A stretch of DNA of 64,000 nucleotides from Geosiphon pyriformis uo1 (Eukaryota; Fungi; Glomeromycota). The stretch spans positions 62,001-126,000 of the forward strand of contig JAAOMT010000661.1 in assembly GCA_016748015.1 (NCBI GenBank), in the 5' to 3' direction. The translations under genes were made by a program, and so were the position numbers. The notes under the pieces are model-generated. The model was not told the origin of the DNA. It made no database searches and saw nothing but the letters and a program-made list of their open reading frames with translations. Shown one piece after another: positions 36,679-49,137 of the stretch; positions within the stretch are counted from its first letter, which is position 1; every line of letters begins with the position of its first letter.

Positions 36679-39600
36679 GCCGAGATTAGTGAATAGAATT
36701 GAAAAAGTCTCGCGAACAGTTTCAAGTATATGTTATGTGTTCTGATTATTTTTATAGAAAAAGATTTGTTGATAACTCTTTTACCAACTATTAATATCAA
36801 GATTAAAAAAGACAAAAAGTTTGTAAAACCAATTGACATCTTATTGACATTCGAATATAGATATAAAGAGATTGCCAAATTTCCATTTAAGTCATTATCG
36901 TATCAGCTGTCCAAGTTGAAATTTCAAAATCTTCAATTAAAAAGTCAAAAAGTCATCATATGAATTGATTGGGTAGCACAGTCTAAATTTTTTTTTCAAA
37001 AGATGCCGAATTTTTCTAGTTGCAAAAAAAAAGTCACAGTGCTTTGCTAAAAATCATTTGCACATTTTGCACAACCAATTTTTTATCGAATAAACGCTCA
37101 TTCAATCGCAAAATGACGTAGCTCCACATTTTCAAGAAATTTTGAAGCTTTGTTTTCCATTCCAGTAAATTTAGTGATTTCCACGTTGAGTAAAAAATTT
37201 TCATCTTTCATTTGAAATATACTCTAAAAGGTTTAATGACGCGCAGTATGAAAGTTAAAAGATAATAATCAAAAGATACTTTTTTATAAAATTTAAAAGT
37301 TTCATTTCAGGGGAATGAAAAAGTCCTCTTTGTTAACTTTGTATGGAATTGTCTGACTTGCATTAAACAATTCTCATGACAATTGAATCTGTCTTCAATA
37401 GTAATTAGAATTCAGGAGAATGAAATCTAAATTAAGGAAAATACCGTTGTTGGTTCACAAAATTTATGAATTGCATTTTTTTCATCTTCTAACCTTTCAA
37501 TAAAATCCTTCAAAGACGTTTTTAGATGAACCCGGAGTGTACCTTTTAATAGAAAATGGAAAATAAGAAGACATGTTTTATGCTAAACTAAATGGTGACC
37601 AGCAAAAGCAGGTCCAAGTTTATTCACTTTTCAAAGTAGTTTAAGATGAACTTTATTTTTGAACCAAGAGTTACTCAATTGAAAAATGTTCAAAGCATTT
37701 TGTATTAATCATAAGAAAACAAGTGAAGCAAAAGAATAAAATCAGACAATTAAATCGAATTTTTCATGTGCTTACGAAATTTTTTTTTGCCATCTTTATT
37801 GTGGAATCCAACCTAGAGTGTTTCTCTTCTTAGTAAAAGATTCTAAAAGCAATAGTTCATTTGACAACATTGTTTCCAATTAGAATGTAAATCTTATTTT
37901 ACGCACATGCGGCAGCATGATACGGTTTTCGTACCTGAATCTTATCCAAGTTAGGAACAATGATCGTGGCTTAAATATAATTGCGACCCGAGTATGAATT
38001 GCCACATATTAAGTTCAATATCAAGCCACTGCCATTGTTCGTCTATAGACCATTTAGTTCATTCATCCATTCACCTATTGTAATATAGATCTCCGTAATA
38101 GGGAGTGCACAAAGCAAGGGCAATGTTTCTAATATTACACTGAGAACAAAATTAGGGAAATTTTATTTCGGATTTTGTGTTCATTAAGAATTATGTATAG
38201 TGAGCCACATAATAATAGGTTAAGATAAACTTTTGTTTAGATACTCCGAGGCATTTTCAAACTCTCATTATAAGATTAAACCATATGAAAAATTTCTAAT
38301 TTTCTTTGTACACCTGTTTCGTATTTTCATTAAAAAAAATTCAAAGTCTTTGACTTAATGCATCAATTACTTAAAACAATTGAGGGCGCATTTTGTGTAT
38401 ATTCCAAAAATTCATTCACAAATTCCTCAATTTTTAAAGCCTTTAGGTTTTTTGTGAAAAAAGGGGAACAAGAGTAATGAGTCTTTTACTAAATGACAAG
38501 GTGTAGCAGTTGAGATTGAAAGTGATGTAATTCCTTTTGTAGACAGTAATTAAGAACCAATAAAATTGTTTCTAGTTTGATTTTGTCAAGTTTCATTATA
38601 ATCTAGGTTTCTATGGGGGAATAGAAGGTAGGATTAATTAAAATAGGAAATAAGCACAAAACCTCAGAAGCTAGCTATATTTATGTTTGTTTGTTTGTTT
38701 TATTTCTTTACAAAATTAAATAAGATTTTTGAATAAACAATTTACACATAAAATACTAAACGATCGTAACAGATTCGAAGAGTCGCAGAAGAAAATAAAA
38801 ATTCCTGATTTTGTATGACATTATAAAAATAGTAATACAACCAAAAGTGACTGATGAGAAAAATTTTGATGGTAAAATAATGTTTTAAATTTCTAAATAA
38901 TTAATAAAGTTATTAGTTTTATCTTTATAACTCTGTAAATGAGATTACTTTAGAAAATCTTGTAACTTAATGAGAAACTTTTGTAAATATAAAATCTATA
39001 ATTCTTAACCTATTTTTATTAATAAAAGTTTGTGACCAATTAAGCCACAAGCTAATCTTTTCATTTAATTCAGTTTGTTTTAAGGTAGAAATAGTTGTGC
39101 GGTATGCATGGCTTCCATGTTATATTTTTTTAAACCCATTTTTGATTGATTGCAGGTTTTTAATATAAAATTCAGTTCAAAAAATTTTGAATTAGCTTAA
39201 AAAGAAAAAAACTGAGATAATCACGGTTTTCCAAAAAAAAAAGAAAAGATTTTTTCCTTTTTGAGATCACAAATAATGCGTGACACTATTTTACAAGATT
39301 GATTAAAAAAAATTTCAATTTATTCCAAACTGCAAAAAATTTTAATATTATTTACTTTTTTTTTAAAAAAACAGTTGCCCTTCAACTAAAATTGTTAATT
39401 TGAAATTTCATTCATTTCATAACTTCCAAAAGTTAAAAAGGATTATATAATACGTCTTTTCAGAAAAAATTCTTAAATTATAAAATCTTGTTCGTTCAAT
39501 TCATCTCTATTGAAAATACGGGCCTTACCTTTTCTTAATTTTTTTTTTTTGACATAAATAGCGTTTCCTTTGAAACCTTTTTTCGAATGTTCCAGGCTCT

Positions 39601-40327
39601 AAACAGAACCCATTCATAACATGCATCTCATTAAAAAATAAAGGAGACTGCTTTCAAGGCTGCTGCAATGTGAATTATGCTATATAGAATTTGAAGAAAA
39701 AAATGAGAGTGAATAAATTAAATCTTTGTCATGGAACTCTTCATTAATTTATTTGGTAACCTTTTTTTTTTATTTTCTTTGTGTCCAAAAATTTCTCAAT
39801 TAAATCCCGCATACTCAAATTAAGTAAATTGGGTTTTCAAAGCTTTTTTTTTTCACTTGAAATTAATTTATTAAAACTGCTTCAAGGTATTTTTGCTTTG
39901 TCCTAATATGAATGAATGAATTAATGAACAAGAAGTTCATTAGTTGCTTTAAATCGAGAAAATCTTTTTATTGAAAAACCACGCCCTCATAGTAAAAAAG
40001 TTTAACAAGAAATAGATCATAGAGAACAAGGGTTTTTACTCGGTGATTCACTCTATGCCAAAACATTTTCAAAAGTAATTTTCTTTGCCTATATGAATAA
40101 AAACTTAAAAATCTTCCATTTACCGAAAAGATTTTCATCTATAGTTCTTTAACCTATTGTACATTGTTAACAAGTACTCCGAGTTATACGCAGATCTTTC
40201 CCAAATTGATGATTGACAGGTCAAAAGTAATGCGCGTGGAGATGCATTTCGGCTAAAATTGAACAATGGTCGTCAATTCAATGCAACTTTAAAATACTTT
40301 GAATAGGTGTAACAATAATTGTCAAGT

Positions 40328-40408
40328 GGTTAATAATAAATGTCAGTTTCCTTTTGGTTAATAATAAATGTCAGTTTCCTTTTATTTAATAATAAATGTC
40401 AGTTTCCT
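40328..40408. repeat. Three tandem copies of an approximately 28 bp unit, core TAATAATAAATGTCAGTTTCCT
   Basis: Directly visible in lines 40321-40381. Confidence 0.9.
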
Positions 40409-43400
40409 ATTGACCCAATGAAAAACACAATATACCTTTTTCGAGACTTACAAAAAACCTAGCTAATAAATTATTCCAATAAATTTAATTGTAAAAACAT
40501 ATTTTTTTAATACAGAATATGCAACGATAATTACTTGCATTTTCTCTCTTTTGAAAAGCCTTTTTCAATAAAAATAATAATTTAACCAAAAACATTTTGC
40601 AAATATTATTGGAATCTCTTGTTAGATTTTTGTGCATGTTGAAATTTAAAATAGTTTAATAAATAATTCAAGAATCAATTAATAAATTTAAAAAAATTAT
40701 GAACAATAAAAACTAGGATTAAAATATAGTAAAGGTTTTAATTATAAATTTTTAAAAAAATAATTTTTTACAAACAACATTATAGAAAAATGGTTTTTGA
40801 AAAATATTTCTTACAAAGTTAAAATAATAATTTTTGTCATTTTTGTCATTTTGGTCAATAGAGAATGTAATTTTTAAAAACAATTTAGGTAAATTAGTTT
40901 TTCAAGCCTCCGATGTCTTTTCAAAGGAAAATTAATCCAAAAATTTTGAATTTAAATATTTCTATACAATCTTGGATTTGTTAACAAATCATATTTTAAA
41001 GCAGCATTATACTCATTATATTATTTAACTTCTAATGTCCAATTTTAATAAAAGAAAATATAAAAACTTTTTTTTTATCAATAATATTTTTGAATTGGAA
41101 TAATATTATCACATACAGAGATTTTGATTATTTAAAAATTTAAATTTAAATGCTTAACCCCTTTCTTCATTAATAATTAATAGGCTAAATTATTAAAAAG
41201 CAATTACAAAGCCTAAAGATGAATTCAAAGGAATAAAAAAAACATCGCTCCTTAAAATCTTTGAAAAAAATTAAATCCTTTGATTAAAACTAAATACAGT
41301 AAAAAATTTTACATTGCATTTTTGTAATAATTTTCGTCAAAAAAGCTATTAAATTTTGTAAATAAATTCCCAAACTCTTTGATCAGTGCCATAAGACTAT
41401 CTTATTAGTCATAAAAATAATTCCGAATATATGCAATGCTATGCATTTGAACTAAAGGCCGATCGTGAACAATGGTGGAAAATTTTAAATTGTGGCGCGT
41501 GAAAATCTCATAATCTAATCAATTTACTATAACCGATGATAAATTTTGTCCGAATTTCACGACAAATTTTTTGGAAAAAAATCCAATTATAATATCCAAC
41601 CGATAAATATCTTTCTTTCTTTCTTTCTTTCTTTCGAATTTTTTATTCTCTTAACCTTTGTTCAACGATATTGTCCTGAATTAGCTTTTATGGAAGCCGA
41701 GGAGTTGAAAGGGATAAGTGACTTTCATTTTTATTTTATCCTGAATATTTCATGCAATAATTATTAATTTGAAATGTGTGAGAATCGGAAAAAATTTCAA
41801 ACGGAATTAAGTTATTCAGTAAGCATTTGAAATTTAAAATATTTGTTAAAGAACTGGATTTGTGGAGCATTTATTTGGTATCTACATGATCAAGAAAATG
41901 TAACAATTAATGTTAATATGGCTGAAAATTTTTTGTTTACATTATTGCAAAGAAGTAATAATTCTTTTATTTGTACATAAAGTTTTCTTCGAATAATCAG
42001 CGATGTTGTAGTATGTAGAAAATAAACATTAATTACCAAATATTAGTAGTTTTAAAGTGACACCCTTATTTATTAAAGAATACTTATGCTTCGAAGCTTA
42101 AATTTTGCAAAGAATAAATTTTTTTTTTGATTGGAATGTAAGAAGGAACAGCAAAATATTTTTATTTGAAAATTATATCATTGAATTGTCATTTTGATTA
42201 GTTCATTCAAAAAACGCCAATTTTTTTTTTGAAATAGTTCAAAATAGTCGTGAAACTTGAAAACGAAATTAATTGCATGAGAATATTCGAATAATATTTT
42301 TTGATTTTATATTTTCAAAAAGAAATAATTTTAAACTAGTTTTGAAAAGGTAATTATTATTTATTTATAAAATTTAATAATATCTGTAAAAACTTATTTT
42401 GGTTAATGGGTTAAGGCTTCTTGGGCTTTGAAATTTGAATTATGTTCATAATTATCTAAAAATCTTTGTTCAAAAACTCTAATAAATTTTGTCATTGATC
42501 TGTTTATTTATAAACCTTTATTTAAAAATTTCTAAACCAAATAAAGGTATACTACTAACACATATTTTTAATCACAACTTATAAAAAACTTTTCAAAACA
42601 AAATCATAGTAACATAAAAATATAATTTAAATTTGTAAAAGAAAATAAATTGTCATTTATGGGTAAAATGAATCCTAAACTTGTCATAAATAAATTCTTT
42701 TACTATGACTGACCGTAATTTCGTGCATATTTAAATTACCAAAAGTTTGTAATTTTTACTATGGAATGCATTTACCTAAATTAGATTCCTCTTTTTCCTA
42801 ACCTATTGTCCATTTGAAACAATCTAGCTCTTTTTTCATACAATAGGTTTGATTATCAATGATACGAATACTGTAGTACATGATACGACAGTGTTATACA
42901 CTCGCGCCATTGTTTTCCAGCCAATCAATATTTATGGCACATATTCTGACCTGGATTTTTGAACCAATTTTGAAAACGATTTAATAGCCAAAAGATATAC
43001 ATCCATTTTTCCCAAAAGAGACTCAATCTTTGGTTAGAAACAGCAAACCTTTATTTTTCTACAAAGTATAGAATGAGAAATGGGTAAAATATTCATATTT
43101 TTAATTATTTTAATTGATTAAAAATTCCTTTAAATTACTATTTTATTAAAGTCTCTTAATTTTTTAAAAAATTTATATTTTTAATTATTATATATTTTTT
43201 TTCATTCAAGACTTTCTCTAGTATTAAGGAAAATTATTTGTGAGAAATTAAAAAATATTAAATTATTTTTCATAGAATTTTTAAACTAGTAACATATAAT
43301 ACCTTTGAATCTTTTGGTAAAATTAATATAATATTTTGTTAAAATGGGAAAATTCCAGGGTATCGAATAAAAATTGATATCTTTTTTCAAAAAAAAATTT

Positions 43401-44824
43401 TAACCAAAAAAGCTAATCCTAAATAAGATAACAAAAGAAACACATTTTCAAGATGACCTCCAAAGGTTATAAATTTTATATTACATGCATTAGATTCTAT
43501 TGCTTCCATTTTGAAACACGCGAATGCTGACGCGTACTCTTTGAATAATTGAAGCAATTGTCCTCGAGGATTACCGATGACGAAATTGTACCAACATATT
43601 TTTGAATGAAAAACGATTTTTCTTATCAAAGTACTTTAATCCAATTTTGGTTATTATCTAAACTCCACACAAAATTTCTAAAAAGCTGTGTTCGAATCTT
43701 TTTTGTCAATGAATAAGAAAATCATTTGAATTTGAAATTGGTACTCATTTATTTATTTATTTTTTTAACGGAGTCCGGGGGAAAAATGAAGTATTGAAAG
43801 AAAAATATTGTGGTAAAAAAGAGTCTTGGAATATAAAAAACATTTTTATAATTAATTTAGACACGACAAAATATACCATAAAAAATTCATACAGTTTGTT
43901 TACTATTGTGATAGTAACATGCAAGTTGATGCGTCTAAATTGCAATTTTAAATTTTAAAGTCTCTGATAACACAAACACAAAGATTTTCAATTCAAATTT
44001 TGTAAAATTGATAGAGCCGTGAATAGTTGTTTGAAAAAGAGTTCAATGAATGCCAAGGAGCATAGTATTTTTTTAAAAAGGGTTTTTCCTCGAGATCTGT
44101 GTTTGATTCAATCATCATTCAAGCTAGTATTTTAATGCCTTCGGGTGAAAAGAATTAAAGTTTGGAAGACGAGATACATTTTAAAATAAAATTGTTTCAG
44201 AAAAATTCCAAGAAATTGTTGCAAAAAACGGCCGATGAGTTTAGAATTTTTTTTACCTTGGCAAAAAACCAAGTGAAAAGATTTTAAGAGTAAAGATGTA
44301 ACCTTTTGAAAAAGCAATTAAGAATGTTTGAAACTTAAAATTTTACAATTAAAAAAAAAAAAAGTTTCATCAACAATTTTGTTTAACATTATTCGAAAAC
44401 ATAGCCAAGATCAGAGCGTCTAAACTTAAAAATTTTTCCAAAGGATTCTTGCATTTTGTCGGGATACAAATAAATTTAATTTTCGTGACACAGAAAAACC
44501 ATTACAAAGTTTTTTTTCCTAATTTGGCCATCGAAATTTTAACATTTTAATTAGATAAAAAAAAAACAAAAAAAAAACTGTTGCCTTAATGATCATTAGA
44601 ATCGGATCGTTCCATTTTTTTCAAACTTCCGATCAAAGCGCCCGAACTTTATGGTTTCATTTTTTATTTTACCAATGCGTTATCAAAAACCAAATTTTAT
44701 ATTCCGAATGTTATTTCTAAGAAAAATGTAAAAAATCATTTAATTTTTGAAACATCTAAAGAATTTTATTTCTCGTAACCCGAAATCTAATTAAAATATT
44801 CATGAATAAACGGGACTGAATATA

Positions 44825-44886
44825 TTATGTTATTTTATATTATGCTATGTTATGTTATGTTATATTATGTTATGTTATGTTATGTT
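44825..44886. repeat. (TATGT/TATAT)n pentanucleotide repeat
   Basis: Directly visible, imperfect. Confidence 0.85.
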
Positions 44887-45458
44887 AAAAAAATCTTTTT
44901 AATTCACTTTTAAAAAATTAATGTCACAAGTGTCAAAGCTTACAAAATTTTTCATCTAGACCCTTTTTCCTAGACTCGATTGAAATTAATGATTTAATAA
45001 TTAGTTCATTTGTAGTATAATTTTACTAAATCAATAAAATTAAAAAAAGTAATCCATTACCACTTTTTTTTTTAGCTAATTACAATTAGACGAATTAAAA
45101 CTTTCCAGTCGGCATATTAACTTTTTAATTCTGCATATCATATTAGGATTGTTTATCACATGATTTTATTCCTAATTTTAATTGGCTAATTCACACACAA
45201 ATATCACATGAAACTCTTTTCCCATTGATTATTAGACAATTTTCCCTTGTGTTCTTTCGACAGTAATCATTGTTGTCTTTGATATTGTTCGGTCTTAAAT
45301 TGTAATCTGATTTGATTAACATGAACCAAGGATGTTGAAATTTGAAAATTATTCATTATTATTCAAAGAAAGCATATAAAACTACTTATTCGGATACAAA
45401 TTTGGTGATGAAGGGTTTTAAAAGCTTAACATTGTCAAAAAAGACTCGCTGTTATAAT

Positions 45459-45480
45459 CACACACACACACCCACACACC

Positions 45481-45517
<37 letters not shown>

Positions 45518-45527
45518 ACACACACAC
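45459..45527. repeat. (CA)n microsatellite
   Basis: Directly visible with interruptions; gives the HT repeats in spurious ORF 45342..45566. Confidence 0.95.
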
Positions 45528-47640
45528 CAGTTACGTGACTTGAAGGCATGCATGGTATGTTTGTAGATTTTTAAAAAAAGTACATTTTTCCCCCGCGAAA
45601 AAACAGCAAGCTTTGCTTTATTTTCTGCTACAGCTCTGAAAATTTTACCCCACCCAAATTCTTTTTTTTAGAAAAATTCCCGTCTCACGCTCTCAGGAAT
45701 TACATTGACGCACTCCACAGACAACCCAATCCCACAGAAGTTTCATATAATATTACGGAAGAAATTCATGCGATCATTAACGATTACTGATTTACCCTTT
45801 TAATAATGTATATGCATCTAATGATCGAAATGCAAATCATCAAACCAAAAAAAGTAGACCTCGAAAAATAACGACTTAAAACACGAATAGATCAATTGTT
45901 AAATAATTGCTTTAATACTCGGAAAATTTAAATTCGGAAAAAAAATAAAAAAATTATTAATTCATCCTTTTTTTTTTTTTTTTTTTTTTTAATGTTGCTT
46001 AAAAAGTATGAAAAAGACGATTTCTTTCCCAAAATCATGAAAATCTTTTAAATGAAAAAATATTTTTAAAACAAAGGAAGAAAAATTCTCATTGTTTTCT
46101 CATAATTCCATACCAACTTTTGGAAGGTTAATTAATATTTTTTTTGCCTTTTAATAATCAATTTTTTTTTCAAATCTTGACTATTTTTAATAAATGTTAC
46201 AAAGGGTTTTAACTATCAATTGTGAGGTAAAAGCCTTCATCAAGGACTCATGATCTATTGAAGGAATTTGAAATGACTCTTAAACCGGGGAAGAAATGAT
46301 TATCTTTTTCCTTTTTGGCTCAATAAACCCATTATACTAAGCTATTAACTCTCAAAAGTTATCGATTTGATTACAAGGGATTCTACCATATATCACCTTA
46401 TATGGGAATTTAATTAATGGCGTCATTTTATAATTGTGTACCAAAAAAAAAACATGGATATAATTATTTACTATAATTGAAAATATGAAAATTGGTAAAA
46501 AAAAATAATTGTCAAATTGTACAAAGCTTTTAAGCTAGTTATTAATAGTTCGAGTTCTCGACTCATCGAGATTTTTTTTCTTAATAAAAAATATTTGGCA
46601 AGAAAAAGATTATCAAATTATTGAATTGCATAATTATGCTTTTAGAAGTAAAATCAAAAGTCAGAAAAGACATATTTGAATGTTGTTACTTGATGATGTC
46701 CAAATACGTTTAATATGGAAATTTCTGTTGAATTCAACATTTGTGCACTTGTACAATTTGTAAATGGTTGCAAAAGTTTAATTTTACCATTCTTGGAAAT
46801 GAGAGTACATATTGTATCAAATTTCCATATTAAAAATAACCTAATATTGATCACAGCTTCTTATTTCAATTGTATATACACATTTATTCATTTATTTACT
46901 AAAGATTATCAAGTCTTTGTATCAAGACCTCTTTGTAAGCTCTGTAAAAATAATATTTTTAATTAAAGATGGCTGCTTTCAAGATTTATGCAGTCTTATT
47001 ATTTTGATTCTCGAAAAGAATAATTATAGGCGTACATTCATTATATTTTAGAGACAAAAATTTTTTTAATGCATTTTGGCGCTCGCGGGAGGGGAGGGGG
47101 TTTTCTTTTCATGATTTAATGATACAGTTACCTATAATTTAAAAAGTATCATTATATCAGGTTAGGAATTAATAATAAATTCATGGCTCAATTTCCATAC
47201 TAAACTGATGTGATTCACCCCTCAATAAAAAGCCCGAGAGATTAGATATGCGCTGTCATATATCGGGAATTTGAACATGAATGATCGTTATAGTTTTATT
47301 TTTTAATTGTATTAGAGTAATGGGGGGGGGGCGAGGGTATCTCGTCAATGTAAAGTCACAAGTGTCAAAATAAATTTTATCTTTTAAAATAATAACCATT
47401 TATTATTCTATTATTAACTTCTTGGACTCGCTAGCCTGTTAAGAAAATTTTTAGCCTTTAATATATTGAGATATGAATAAATTAAATACTAAGTTTAGGT
47501 TTGAAGGATGCTTTTCTTGGAAATTTCTTAAGTATTAATTTTAAATATAACCTCATGAACCAATTATTAAGGTTAGGCTTTAATTGTGAATGGTCTATAT
47601 GGAAACGGGGTGTCCTACTAAGGCTATAATTTTCTTTTTC

Positions 47641-47673
<33 letters not shown>
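47641..47673. repeat. (TAA)n microsatellite
   Basis: Directly visible. Confidence 0.9.
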
Positions 47674-47674
<1 letters not shown>

Positions 47675-49137
47675 TGAACAAATAGTTTTGGGATCTACTA
47701 AAAATTAAGAGTGAATATGCATCACAAGAAATTATAAATTTTATCTCCTTCATCAAAAAACATATTTTTATGAATTCTAAATGCGCAGATAATTTCAAAG
47801 ACTAACACCAAATTCATAATTCAAAAAACTGTTTCTAGCCAAATTAGTTTTGAAATAAATAATTTCGAAAATTCCTTAATAATTGATGTGTTCGATATGC
47901 TTCCTTTTCGGCATTTATCATTAAAAGACTGTGAACCAAAATCAAAAAAGAATTTTGGTAAATCTTTTAAATCTCGTTCATCTTCTTTAAAAAAAAAAAA
48001 AAATTTCCTAGAAATGGAAGACAAGAGAAAAAGAATTTATTGAAAAAAAAAATATTAGTTCATCTCTCATATTACAAGAGATTATAGATTGTCCTGTAAA
48101 AAAAAAATTTTTTTTTTGTAAATATATTAATTTATTTTTTGGGGAGTAAAGACTAAAAGGAAAAAAAAAATCAAAAGTGGATTGGAAAATTGTAATAGGT
48201 TTACTTTAATTTACTAATATTTTGGTTTACAAATTTAATGTAGAATTTATCTTTAAAAAAAAAATTTAAATAGTTTTAAAGGCAAAAATAAAGATATAAT
48301 TAGTATTAACTAAGAAGTCGATAAAAGGCCATTCTATTCAAGATTTCTGATAAACCATAATTTATGAGAAACGATAAATATCCCATGCATAAAAACCAAC
48401 CACACCCAAAGAAAAGTTTATTAATGCATTAAATTTTTCAGTTCCACAAATTAAAAAAAGTTTCTTATATATATATTTTTATTTTTCTTACTTTCTTTTA
48501 CCTTTCAATAATAGTAAACTAAAAAAAACCCCGCCTTTTAATTGACGTAAAATGATATATAATTAAAATAAAAGGGAAAAATCTTCATAGCAGAAAGAAA
48601 ATCAAATATTAAGAAATCGGTTTAACTTATTACTATTATTATTATTATAAAAAAAAATTTTTTTTTTAGTTTAACAGAAGTCTATAAAAAATATATATAT
48701 ATTATTTCAAATTCCTGTTTTCTTTAGTTGTCGAATATTTGTCAGACAAGGCAAGTAGCTTTTTATTATATACAAGTCATTATAATTTTTAAAATAACCT
48801 AATATAAAAATGATCATTTCTATTTCAACATGAAATTTGTACTACCATACCAAGCTCATAAAAAGAAAAGCTTTTCGCACTTCCATTTGCAAAAAGAAAT
48901 TCTTTAATAATTTTTTCTCTGGCAGACTCCGCGACACCTTTTTCATTAGCATCATCGTTGTCGTCATCATTATAATCATCATAACACACCTTGGTAAACT
49001 CAATATTACTGTGTGTTATTGGACCACTTTCTTAAGCTTGTCTCTTCCTTCTTATTTTCACACACCCCTCATTCACATTCTCTCTTTCATCTTGTTCAGA
49101 GCCTATCATTATATTAGTGTAAAAAGAAATTGACAAA

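Noticed and set aside
40328-40408. Three direct repeats as a possible CRISPR-like array
   Set aside because: Head-to-tail with no unique spacers, eukaryotic context, no cas genes.
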